From a virus (taxonomy: Duplodnaviria > Caudoviricetes): 36,828 bases of DNA. This document shows, one piece after another, positions 1 to 9,014 of the stretch. The position numbers and the translations under genes are program-made. The DNA lies in the IMG/VR virus record IMGVR_UViG_3300028599_000011, positions 1-36,828 of that record; one strand, written 5' to 3'. The notes under the pieces are model-generated. The model ran no database searches and was not told the DNA's origin. It worked only from the letters and a program-made list of their open reading frames with translations. Position 1 is the first letter of the stretch; the number at the start of each line of letters is the position of its first letter.

Positions 1-70
1 GCAGCCATATTAGAATTATCTGATATAGTGGCCGAATTAAAAGAGCAATTAATAATATTAGAGCTTATTA

Positions 71-718
71 ATGATTGAATTATTAAATATGGATTGCATG
101 GAATATATGAAAACCTGCAAGGATAATCAGTTTGACTTAGCGATTGTTGATCCGCCTTATGGGATTATGGAAAGCAAAAGCAACGAATCAAGGAATAGAG
201 TTGCATCAAATAATTATAAGGATAAGGAGTGGGATATTAAAGCGCCTGACTGCGGCTATTTTGATGAGTTAAAGAGAATCAGCAAAAATCAGATAATTTG
301 GGGTGCAAATCATTTTATAGACAATCTTCAATTTATGTGTAATTCGCCTTGTTGGATCGTTTGGGACAAAGACAACGGAGCCTGTGATTTTGCTGACTGC
401 GAGCTTGCTTATACTAGCTTTAAGACTGCAGTAAGAAAGTTTAAATTTCAATGGGCTGGAATGCTGCAGGGTGATATGAAAAACAAAGAGCAAAGAATCC
501 ACCCAACACAAAAACCCATTAAATTATACCAGTGGTTGCTTGATAACTATTCAGAGCCAAAACAAAGAATACTCGACACCCATCTGGGTTCAGGCTCTAG
601 CGCAATAGCCGCGCATTACTTCGGATGTGACTTCGTAGGAATAGAAAAAGACGAGGACTACTTTAGAGCCGCTCAAGAGCGATTTAACAACGAAACACGA
701 CAACAGGCTATGTTTTGA
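71..718 (+). CDS. Orphan N6-adenine/N4-cytosine DNA methyltransferase (beta class)
   Basis: Catalytic DPPY near the N-terminus, HPTQKP motif, SAM-binding LDTHLGSGS near the C-terminus; no cognate endonuclease nearby. Confidence 0.93.
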   Translation: MIELLNMDCMEYMKTCKDNQFDLAIVDPPYGIMESKSNESRNRVASNNYKDKEWDIKAPDCGYFDELKRISKNQIIWGANHFIDNLQFMCNSPCWIVWDKDNGACDFADCELAYTSFKTAVRKFKFQWAGMLQGDMKNKEQRIHPTQKPIKLYQWLLDNYSEPKQRILDTHLGSGSSAIAAHYFGCDFVGIEKDEDYFRAAQERFNNETRQQAMF

Positions 719-897
719 CCTGCACCCACGACAAGTACAGAGGTAAAGGCTGGATGATGGCCAGTAACGCACTAAAGGCCATGAAGCGCGGCGAAATAGT
801 TAAAATAGGCAAGACTGTAAAGAATTGTGAACAATGCGGGGCTGATATTGCCTTTGCTAAACGTGTCCAGACATGGACTTATGAGGAGTGGATATAA
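715..897 (+). CDS. Small hypothetical protein, possibly Zn-binding
   Basis: Overlaps MTase stop; CxH and CxxC (CEQC) motifs. Confidence 0.55.
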   Translation: MTCTHDKYRGKGWMMASNALKAMKRGEIVKIGKTVKNCEQCGADIAFAKRVQTWTYEEWI

Positions 898-1160
898 TGG
901 AAATACTAACAACTAAAGAAGATTTAATTCGTGAATATATGCACCGGGTCAATAAAGAAGCTAAGGACATCGATTCTCGTCATATAGAGAACCTGGACGC
1001 AGCCATTAGAGTAATTGTGTCCATCATGGCTGAGAACGAGTCCAAGCGTGCCAGAGGCGAACAAGCAGCAGCAGAATTCGTTATGCGTCTAGGAATAGGT
1101 GAGCGTAAAACCCGAAAAGAAGAAATGAGCGCGCTAGAATCAGACAGGCCGTTAATTTAA
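888..1160 (+). CDS. Hypothetical protein
   Basis: ORF in operon with GAGGAG upstream; true start may be ATG 897. Confidence 0.65.
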   Translation: MDIMEILTTKEDLIREYMHRVNKEAKDIDSRHIENLDAAIRVIVSIMAENESKRARGEQAAAEFVMRLGIGERKTRKEEMSALESDRPLI

Positions 1161-1517
1161 ATGAGTAACCCAATATCACAAATACCCACAGAGCAATTAA
1201 CACATGAGCTGTGGAAGAAATCTAAGGATCAGGCTGAAAAGGAAAAGGACTGGCAAATAGCGGAGCATTCCAGGCCGATTATCTTGAGTGAATTAACTAA
1301 TCACTATGCCGCTAAGGGTGATTCTATCTCAGCCGCAGAGAAAAAGGCCCGAACATCACAAGAATACAGGGAATGTATACAAAAGTTAGGTGAAATCCGC
1401 TCCGACTTGGTATTAGCCAGAGCCAGAGTATCCGCCGTAGAGTATGAAATTAAACTAAGAATAAACCGCTCTTTCAAGGAGCGGTCGGAATATAACGCAG
1501 GACACATCACAACTTGA
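1161..1517 (+). CDS. Helical phage protein, weakly UvsY-like
   Basis: All-helical with AEKKARTSQEY motif; family call tentative. Confidence 0.55.
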   Translation: MSNPISQIPTEQLTHELWKKSKDQAEKEKDWQIAEHSRPIILSELTNHYAAKGDSISAAEKKARTSQEYRECIQKLGEIRSDLVLARARVSAVEYEIKLRINRSFKERSEYNAGHITT

Positions 1518-1542
1518 TAAACCCTCCCTTAAAGGCTAATAT
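1514..1542 (+). promoter_or_regulatory. Sigma70-type promoter for the packaging/structural operon
   Basis: TTGATA-17 nt-TAATAT upstream of terS; same hexamers as the promoter at 32347. Confidence 0.6.
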
Positions 1543-1575
1543 AAGATTATATTAATTTAGCTACCCGAGGGCGCT

Positions 1576-1878
1576 ATGGCTACAACATCAGCAAACAAGA
1601 ATAGAGCAATGCGACAGAACGCTCTAAGAGAGCAGTTATCTAAGCAAAAGCACGTTGAGCATGTTATTGATATTGCTAACAAATTAGCAAAGCTTGATGA
1701 ATCATTAGACCCCCTTCAAATACAAAGACTTAAAGCAGCCGCAGACATAAAGAAAGGGCTGATTTCTAAATATTTACCCGATATAAAAATGGTTGAATTA
1801 ACAGGCGAGGGCGGAGACCCAATTAAAACTGATTTCACTGTAACTATCGTAAATGCCAGCACTGACAGTACCAAGTAA
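1576..1878 (+). CDS. terS: Terminase small subunit
   Basis: Directly upstream of and overlapping terL; C-terminal VELTGEGGDPI motif typical of TerS. Confidence 0.8.
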   Translation: MATTSANKNRAMRQNALREQLSKQKHVEHVIDIANKLAKLDESLDPLQIQRLKAAADIKKGLISKYLPDIKMVELTGEGGDPIKTDFTVTIVNASTDSTK

Positions 1879-3283
1879 GCTTGAAGGATTCTTAACCAAA
1901 AAGAAGCGATTCAAGATTGCTTTCGGTGGGCGAGGAGCCGCCAAGTCACAAACCTTTGCTGATATCTTCTTAATGAAATCCCAGACCGAGCAAGCCAAGA
2001 TTGGTTGCTTTAGGGAAATGCAGAACTCAATTGAGGATTCTGTTCATTCACTCCTTAAACATGAAATATCCAGGTTAGATTTTGAAGGCTTCACTTCAGA
2101 GAAAGCATCGATATATAACACGGTGGGCGGTGAGTTTAGATTCAAAGGACTGGCTCGTAACCCAGATGCTGTTAAATCTATGCATGGCTTCAAGTACTTC
2201 TGGATTGAGGAAGGTCAGTCAATCTCACAAGACTCACTTGATATGTTGACGCCCACACTACGCGAGACTGATTCCGAGTTATGGGTGAGTATGAACCCGC
2301 AAAGCTCTGAAGACCCAATGAGTAAACGATTCCTTAAGCCCTTTGAGAAAGAACTGTTAAGAGACGGGTATTATGAGGATGAATTACACTTTATCGTCTG
2401 GATTAATTACATTGACAATCCGTGGTTCCCTGATGTTTTAGAGCAGGAGCGTGTATGGGACCTGGAAAACAAGTCAAGGGCTGAATACGATCATATCTGG
2501 CTGGGTCATTACAATGACTATATTGAATCAGCTATTATCGAGGCAGAATGGTTTGATGCTTGTGTTGATGCTCACATTAAGATTGGATTCAAGCCGCGAG
2601 GAATGAAGGTGGCCACTCACGATCCAGCAGACTCAGGCGATGCACGCTCCTATGGCTTGAGGCATGGCGTAGTCTTTATGGACGCACAGGAAAACCTTGA
2701 GTTAGATGTTAATGATGCATGTGACTGGGCCTGTGACCTGGCTATAGAACAAGGAGCTGACCACTTTATATTCGACGCGGACGGGCTCGGGCTAACCTTA
2801 AAGCGGCAAGTGGCACAGTCATTTTCCGGCAAACACACTAAATATCACTTGTTCCACGGAGGCGGGGCTGTTTATGACCCAGAAGAGGTTTATCAGAAAA
2901 TAGAAAAAGGCAATGAGAAAACTAATGAGGAGACCTTTAAAAACAGAAGGGCTCAGTGTTATTGGAATATCCGAGACAGAATCTATAAAACATGGCAGGT
3001 TGTTAACAAAAAAGCCATGTATGACTCGGATGAGTTGATTAGTTTCTCAAGTGATATAAACTGTATACAGAAGCTTAGATCTGAGTTGTGCAGGCTCCCT
3101 CGTAAATACAATGGGTCTGGCGTGATTCAGTTATACTCTAAGCAGGAAATGAAGGACAAATTCAAGCTGGATTCGCCTAACTTGTCGGATATGGTTATGA
3201 TGTCGGTCGATAAGATAGAAGTGGATGCAAAGAAGAAAGTTAAACGTAAACCACTAAAACTGAGGAATAAGGGGATTGTATGA
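1853..3283 (+). CDS. terL: Terminase large subunit (PBSX/Terminase_3-like)
   Basis: Walker A GGRGAAKS, Walker B WIEEGQ, PTLR and MNP motifs, nuclease acidic residues (HDPAD, FDADGLG, SPNLSD). Confidence 0.95.
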   Translation: MPALTVPSKLEGFLTKKKRFKIAFGGRGAAKSQTFADIFLMKSQTEQAKIGCFREMQNSIEDSVHSLLKHEISRLDFEGFTSEKASIYNTVGGEFRFKGLARNPDAVKSMHGFKYFWIEEGQSISQDSLDMLTPTLRETDSELWVSMNPQSSEDPMSKRFLKPFEKELLRDGYYEDELHFIVWINYIDNPWFPDVLEQERVWDLENKSRAEYDHIWLGHYNDYIESAIIEAEWFDACVDAHIKIGFKPRGMKVATHDPADSGDARSYGLRHGVVFMDAQENLELDVNDACDWACDLAIEQGADHFIFDADGLGLTLKRQVAQSFSGKHTKYHLFHGGGAVYDPEEVYQKIEKGNEKTNEETFKNRRAQCYWNIRDRIYKTWQVVNKKAMYDSDELISFSSDINCIQKLRSELCRLPRKYNGSGVIQLYSKQEMKDKFKLDSPNLSDMVMMSVDKIEVDAKKKVKRKPLKLRNKGIV

Positions 3284-3519
3284 GTAAGAAGAAAGCAAAG
3301 AAGACCACTGAGATTGAAGGAGCTGACGTAACGGTCGAAATCGTAGAGCCAATCGAAACAGGTGACGAAATGAACGCCTTAGCCATGAGAATATGGGATG
3401 GTCAGTCGATAAGCTTACCCTTAACCGAGCGGGTCAAGAGAATCAAAGCACGATTAACCGAAAAAGGGTATGATACAAGCACATTAACCCTGCCAGCGGA
3501 CGATAAATACCTTGAATAA
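3280..3519 (+). CDS. Hypothetical protein
   Basis: Overlaps both terL stop and portal start. Confidence 0.65.
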   Translation: MSKKKAKKTTEIEGADVTVEIVEPIETGDEMNALAMRIWDGQSISLPLTERVKRIKARLTEKGYDTSTLTLPADDKYLE

Positions 3520-5863
3520 CAGTGAGTTACTATCTATTATCGCAGTTCACAGAGATTCCTCTCTGGGTGCTGAAGATACAGAGCTAACAATCGACCGAGC
3601 TGCAGCATTAGACCATTATTACGGCAGGCCATACGGCGACGAAGAGGACGGCCGCTCTCAAGTCGTATCAATGGACTTAAAAGAGACGCTAGATTGGATC
3701 AAGCCAGCATTAATCAAGATATTCGCCCAAAGCGGTAACATTGCTGAGTTCACTCCAATCGGAGAGGACGACGAACAACGTGCCAAGCAAGAAACCGAGA
3801 CCGTTAATCATGTCATTATGGCGAAGAACAACGGCGTCCTGTTATTACACGACCTGTTCCACGATGCGCTCCTGTTAAAAAATGCATATTGCAAACATTA
3901 CTATGAAGAAACAGAGGTTATATCTGAATCAGAATACTCTGGGCTGACCGAAGACGAACTACTGCAGGTTATCCAGGAACTTGAGCAAGATGGAGAAGTT
4001 GAGATAATCGAGCAAGAGCAAGGCGTAGTCTATTTACCCTCTCAAGATGGAACCACAATTGAGGTCCCTGTCTTTGAAATTAGAGTCAGGACCACCACTA
4101 AAGAAAAGAATTATATAGTTGAGCCGATACCAACCGAAGAGGTCCGGGTCTCTAATCGATGCAAAGGCAGCACCCAAACCTCCCCATTCACTGAGCATGT
4201 CACCACCAAAACACGCACAGAATTAATCGAAATGGGAATGCCCACAGACTTTGTTAACAACCTCCCCTCACGAAACGACGAAGACAATGACACGCTAACC
4301 AATGCCAGGGATACGGTAGAAGACGACTTCCAGGAAGACTCCAGCTTTAATGATCGCTCAATGGATGAAATTGAGTACTGCGAGGCATACATCCGCGTTG
4401 ATTTCGATGAGGACAGCAAAGCAGAGCTGAGAAAAGTTATTTCTGTAGGCAATAAGATCCCGCCTGGTAAAGAATGGAACGAAGTGGTTGATTGTGTCGC
4501 TATTACGGCCCTAACCCCGAAACGTGTGCCCCATCGTCACGTAGGCGAATCACTAGATGATGACATTGCTGACTTACAACAGATTAATACCGTCCTAAAA
4601 CGCCAAATGCTGGATAATATCTACCGTATTAACTCAACCGAAAAGGTGGTTAATGATCGGGTTGATATGGATGATGCATTAAGGTCTGAAGCCGGTAACG
4701 TGATTAGAATTGAGGGTGACGCAGAGGTGCAAAGCGCGCTCATGTATACCAAACCACAATCGATTGTTGCTGATATCCTCCCCGCTATTGATATGATCAA
4801 CAAAGATAAAGAAGGTCGGACCGGAATTAATGAGACCAATACCAGTTTAGATCCAAATGTTTTAAAAGATGTGAATAACAAAGTTTATCTTGAGGGAGTC
4901 GCAAAAGCCTCGCAGAAAGTAGAAATGATTGCGCGATTACTCGCTGAAGGGGTTAAAGAAGTTTGCCTAAGAGTCCATGAGCTTCTAATTAAACATCAAG
5001 ATAAAGAAATGTCCTACAAATTAAACGGCCAATATGTCTCAGTTAACCCACAAGAGTGGAAAACCCGTACTGATATGCGTATCACTGTCGGATTAGGGAC
5101 TGGCACCGAGGAAGAGAAACGGATGAAGCTGTCAGCTTTCTCCTCAGAGCAGGAAAGAATGATGCAATTCGGGTTAGTTGGACCACAGCAAGCCTATAAC
5201 CTATTTGAGGATATTGGGCGGTCATTAGGTAGTGAAACCCCCGAAAAATACGTGATGAAGCCAGGCTCTCCAGAGCATCAGCAGTTTATGCAAGCATCAC
5301 AGAAAGACGAGCCTAACCCATTAGCTGAGGCTGAGCAGGTTAAAGGTCAAATCAATATGCAGGTTAAGCAGTTTGAGTCTGATTCAAAAGAACGTATCGA
5401 ACTTGAGCGTGCTAATTTAGAGCGATATAAGGCACAGATTGAGGCTGAGCATAAAGCCCGTGATTTGGATTTAAGAGAGCGTGACCTGGCTGTCAGAGAA
5501 TATGAGGCGGATATCAAAGGTAAGACAGAAGCCGCTAAGATTGAAGCCGATAGATTTAAAGCTGAGCTCAAGGCCGAAACAGATATGGCTATTAATCAAT
5601 TGAAACTTGGCGCAACCTTCCAGGAGGCCGTTGGTACTAAGTTCACCGATATGTCAGAAGATAACGACGAACGGCTAACCGAAATGATTAACTCATTGCT
5701 AGGCGAAATATCCGAAATGAACAGCCAAAATATGGCGGGTATGGAAGGCATAGCTACTGGATTAACAGACCAGGTTAACGGGCTGGCCTCACAAATGGCT
5801 AAACCTAAGAAAGTAATTTATAACGAAGCAGGCGACCCGATAAGAGTCGAACCAATTGAATAG
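3512..5863 (+). CDS. Portal protein (P22-like, long C-terminal coiled coil)
   Basis: Position after terL, 783 aa, YYGRPYGDEEDGRSQVVS N-terminal motif, heptad-rich C-terminus; TTG start. Confidence 0.9.
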   Translation: MNNSELLSIIAVHRDSSLGAEDTELTIDRAAALDHYYGRPYGDEEDGRSQVVSMDLKETLDWIKPALIKIFAQSGNIAEFTPIGEDDEQRAKQETETVNHVIMAKNNGVLLLHDLFHDALLLKNAYCKHYYEETEVISESEYSGLTEDELLQVIQELEQDGEVEIIEQEQGVVYLPSQDGTTIEVPVFEIRVRTTTKEKNYIVEPIPTEEVRVSNRCKGSTQTSPFTEHVTTKTRTELIEMGMPTDFVNNLPSRNDEDNDTLTNARDTVEDDFQEDSSFNDRSMDEIEYCEAYIRVDFDEDSKAELRKVISVGNKIPPGKEWNEVVDCVAITALTPKRVPHRHVGESLDDDIADLQQINTVLKRQMLDNIYRINSTEKVVNDRVDMDDALRSEAGNVIRIEGDAEVQSALMYTKPQSIVADILPAIDMINKDKEGRTGINETNTSLDPNVLKDVNNKVYLEGVAKASQKVEMIARLLAEGVKEVCLRVHELLIKHQDKEMSYKLNGQYVSVNPQEWKTRTDMRITVGLGTGTEEEKRMKLSAFSSEQERMMQFGLVGPQQAYNLFEDIGRSLGSETPEKYVMKPGSPEHQQFMQASQKDEPNPLAEAEQVKGQINMQVKQFESDSKERIELERANLERYKAQIEAEHKARDLDLRERDLAVREYEADIKGKTEAAKIEADRFKAELKAETDMAINQLKLGATFQEAVGTKFTDMSEDNDERLTEMINSLLGEISEMNSQNMAGMEGIATGLTDQVNGLASQMAKPKKVIYNEAGDPIRVEPIE

Positions 5864-5890
5864 ATCGCTGTGAAGCGAACGGATGCAAAA

Positions 5891-6538
5891 ATGAAAATAT
5901 TAACAGTTTTACTATTATTAATTACGACAAATGTTTTTGCTGCATCTGCCGTGGTACGTTCAGGCGAGTATATTGACCAATATGCTATTAGTGACCCAGG
6001 TAACGTCTCCGGACTTGATAATGTCCGCGTTATTATTTCCTTTGGAGTGACAGAGGTCGTGATTCAGGCCAGCGGAATAGATAATAATACCTCGAAAGAG
6101 TCCTTATTGTGCTGGAATGACAACACTATTCTGGAATGTCCCGATGATGATGTTGGTGGTGGTGTTGCACGTATGCCAGCGCTTGCATTTTTGGAAGAAC
6201 AATTCTTAGCTGGAACGGTGACTGTGGGCGCACCACTAAGTGATTTACGACAAAAGGCAATCTACTTAGCTTTTTGGCATGAATATCGAACAGAAAAGGT
6301 TGTTGAGGATTCTATAGCCGAAATGGTGCTTGAAGGCTTAAACGCAGTCCAGCAGCGCAGGGCTTTAAAATATATCTATTTCGGGCTTGGTATCGACCTC
6401 GTTACCGCTCAAGCACTGGCGAATAACCGAATTACCAATATTATTCAGGCGACTTACGATGAATATGGATTAGCTACTGTCCCACAACAAGATAGGCGGC
6501 TACTAATTTTATTTGGTGAAGTGGGTTGGTTTGAATAG
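5891..6538 (+). CDS. Hypothetical protein with signal-peptide-like N-terminus
   Basis: MKILTVLLLLITTNVFA-ASA; ATG 5891 preferred over GTG 5870, which lies in a hairpin loop. Confidence 0.65.
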   Translation: MKILTVLLLLITTNVFAASAVVRSGEYIDQYAISDPGNVSGLDNVRVIISFGVTEVVIQASGIDNNTSKESLLCWNDNTILECPDDDVGGGVARMPALAFLEEQFLAGTVTVGAPLSDLRQKAIYLAFWHEYRTEKVVEDSIAEMVLEGLNAVQQRRALKYIYFGLGIDLVTAQALANNRITNIIQATYDEYGLATVPQQDRRLLILFGEVGWFE

Positions 6539-6547
6539 GAGAAATGT

Positions 6548-6784
6548 ATGGCAAAAGTTAAGAAAGTAAAAACGCAAAACCCAAGAATTAAACATATAAA
6601 AGGGACGCAAGACTATAGACCTACTCAAGCAGAGGTTGAGTTGTCGACTGTTGTTATTAACAATGATCCAGAAAGGGAGAAAACCATTGACTTACAGATA
6701 TACGTTGGCAGCGATATTAGCGTATGCAGGGTGCCTTTAACTGTAATAGATGCAATAAATTCCGCCCTTAGCAAGAAGACTTGA
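6548..6784 (+). CDS. Hypothetical protein
   Basis: AGGAG RBS, tight packing. Confidence 0.7.
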   Translation: MAKVKKVKTQNPRIKHIKGTQDYRPTQAEVELSTVVINNDPEREKTIDLQIYVGSDISVCRVPLTVIDAINSALSKKT

Positions 6785-6788
6785 ATAA

Positions 6789-9005
6789 ATGGCAATAACT
6801 TACGGAGCAGGCCCGGGAACGCTAACAACTACTCACGCAATGAATGAGAATTTACCTGCTTCACAGCCGAGTAATCTCAGTCAAGTGCGCGTATCCGATG
6901 ATTTGGTGACGGCGGGGAATGGTCAAATAGGTTCAGGCGCAACCACTGGCTCAATAGGTAATAGCTATGTAGGACGTTTGCTAATTATTAACCGCGAGCT
7001 AGGTTCTCAGCAGATAAGGATGTGTACTGGTGAAACGGATGAAGGTACAACGTTTTTGCTTGATGTCCATGAACCTTTTGATACGCAGCCAGTAGGCACA
7101 ACAGATACAATCCATGTGCCTTACGAGGGGTTTGATATTGAAGATGGCGGTGCGTCTGGTGGTATAGGCTTTACTGTAAGAACAGGTTATCTCACTTTTT
7201 CAAACGATTTAACAATTCCCAGCGGTGGCGGACTTCAGATCATGAATGGCGGCGCGTGGGAAATGGATGATACTGGTTCGGCTATTACCTTTTTTCACCA
7301 GTCAGGCGGCTCTTTCTATTCAGGCTATGAATCAGGAGGTAGCTATATTAACGGAGGTGAAATCCTGTATGTTAATAATACCGCAACCGAACCATCATAT
7401 CAGGCGCAGAGTGGCGCAATATCACATTGTTATGATTTATTGTGGTGGGCACAGCTCGTAGCACAGCAGATAGAACATGCGAATGGGTCTGTTGCCAGAT
7501 ACTACGGAACAAAATTCCTTAATTTCACTAATGAGGCTCATTTTTATGACACCCTGTTAAGGGATGTTAAGGTTTACGGTAAAGGCGGCACGACTGAAAT
7601 AGTCAGGGTTGATGCTGGAACTGACTGTGATGGGCTTGTTTTATCGAATGTAGACACGATTCAAGGCTCTGCCACAGCCGACACTAAAACATTAAAGAAC
7701 GTTAACTTTGCTGGCGTGACTGATTTAGTCACATTAATTAACAGTGATATATGGCATTTTATCAACGCTATCTGGACGGCCACACTTCACTCAGATTTTA
7801 ATGATGCCGCAGTAACAACTTCAGCGACCATTAATGATAGAATAGAAGTCACTGCAACGGTTAAAGAGGCGGACGGCACACTATTACAAAACGCGCTGGT
7901 TAATATTTATGAGAATACCGTGCTTGGCGATTTAGTCCTTGAGTTGACTACTGATGTGAATGGCCTTGCCTCTGACTCATTTATTTATCTAGCCCATATC
8001 TGGACAACAGGCACAGGTGCAACGACGACTTACGGCGGACATGCAAGACAAGTCGGCAAATGGCTGTATTTACCTGCGGTCTTTTCACAATCCTCTACTG
8101 ATAAATTTATCGGCGATGTTGTACTCTCGCCTGATACTAATATTGTTCAAACTACCCAAGCCACAGCAGAAACAGCAGGGGCAACGGTCACATGGAATGA
8201 AGATACAAACGCATCAAGCGTTATTTCATTTACAGGTGGCACAGGAACATTAGCAGTTGGCAATACAGTCACGGGCGGCACATCAACAGCCGATGGTATC
8301 GTTACAGAGATATTAGACGGTAATTCAACAGCCGGAGAGATTCATTTAAAAACCCGTGATGCTAATGCTTTTAGCGGAACCGAGTCCCTGAGTAACGGCG
8401 CAGGTTGGACGGCTACACTCACCGCTTCTAGTGAACAGAGATTCTCTGTGTGGATAGACTGCCAAACGCTGTCTTTACAGACAATCTATGATTATTTAGC
8501 GGCGATTCAGAATAAGACCACCCTTACAGCGGATGGTGAGTTGATATGGGAATGGTGCAGAAGCGCCCAAACTCAACCCCTTTACGCCACAGGATCTAGC
8601 TTCTACACTGAAAGAAGTAATAGTATAGGTATATTTTTAGTAGATATAGGCGGCGGCACGTTAGATTACGCCACAGATGACGCCGGGGTTACATGGTCGC
8701 CTCCTGCTTCGGTTACGGTAACAGTTAAAGTTATCGACAGATTAGGTGCGAATATAGCCGGAGCACAGGTGTCCATGTACTTAACTGCGGATGATAGTCA
8801 AGTGATGCTACAAGACACAAATGCCTCTGGCATAGCCACAACCAATTTTACAGACACAACCCCAGCGGGTGTTTATTACCGGGTCAGAAAGTCTTCCCCA
8901 GGCGATACAAAATATATCCATGACAGCGCAACAGGCACAATTGAGACAGGTACAGGCTTTTCATCCACAAGAACATTAACAGTAGACCCAAATAACAATG
9001 CTTAG
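6789..9005 (+). CDS. Large putative virion appendage protein 1 (two Ig-like domains)
   Basis: T/G/S/A-rich; Ig-like patterns VTATVKEADGTLLQNALVNIY and VTVKVIDRLGANIAGAQVSMY. Confidence 0.7.
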   Translation: MAITYGAGPGTLTTTHAMNENLPASQPSNLSQVRVSDDLVTAGNGQIGSGATTGSIGNSYVGRLLIINRELGSQQIRMCTGETDEGTTFLLDVHEPFDTQPVGTTDTIHVPYEGFDIEDGGASGGIGFTVRTGYLTFSNDLTIPSGGGLQIMNGGAWEMDDTGSAITFFHQSGGSFYSGYESGGSYINGGEILYVNNTATEPSYQAQSGAISHCYDLLWWAQLVAQQIEHANGSVARYYGTKFLNFTNEAHFYDTLLRDVKVYGKGGTTEIVRVDAGTDCDGLVLSNVDTIQGSATADTKTLKNVNFAGVTDLVTLINSDIWHFINAIWTATLHSDFNDAAVTTSATINDRIEVTATVKEADGTLLQNALVNIYENTVLGDLVLELTTDVNGLASDSFIYLAHIWTTGTGATTTYGGHARQVGKWLYLPAVFSQSSTDKFIGDVVLSPDTNIVQTTQATAETAGATVTWNEDTNASSVISFTGGTGTLAVGNTVTGGTSTADGIVTEILDGNSTAGEIHLKTRDANAFSGTESLSNGAGWTATLTASSEQRFSVWIDCQTLSLQTIYDYLAAIQNKTTLTADGELIWEWCRSAQTQPLYATGSSFYTERSNSIGIFLVDIGGGTLDYATDDAGVTWSPPASVTVTVKVIDRLGANIAGAQVSMYLTADDSQVMLQDTNASGIATTNFTDTTPAGVYYRVRKSSPGDTKYIHDSATGTIETGTGFSSTRTLTVDPNNNA

Positions 9006-9014
9006 GAGCATATT

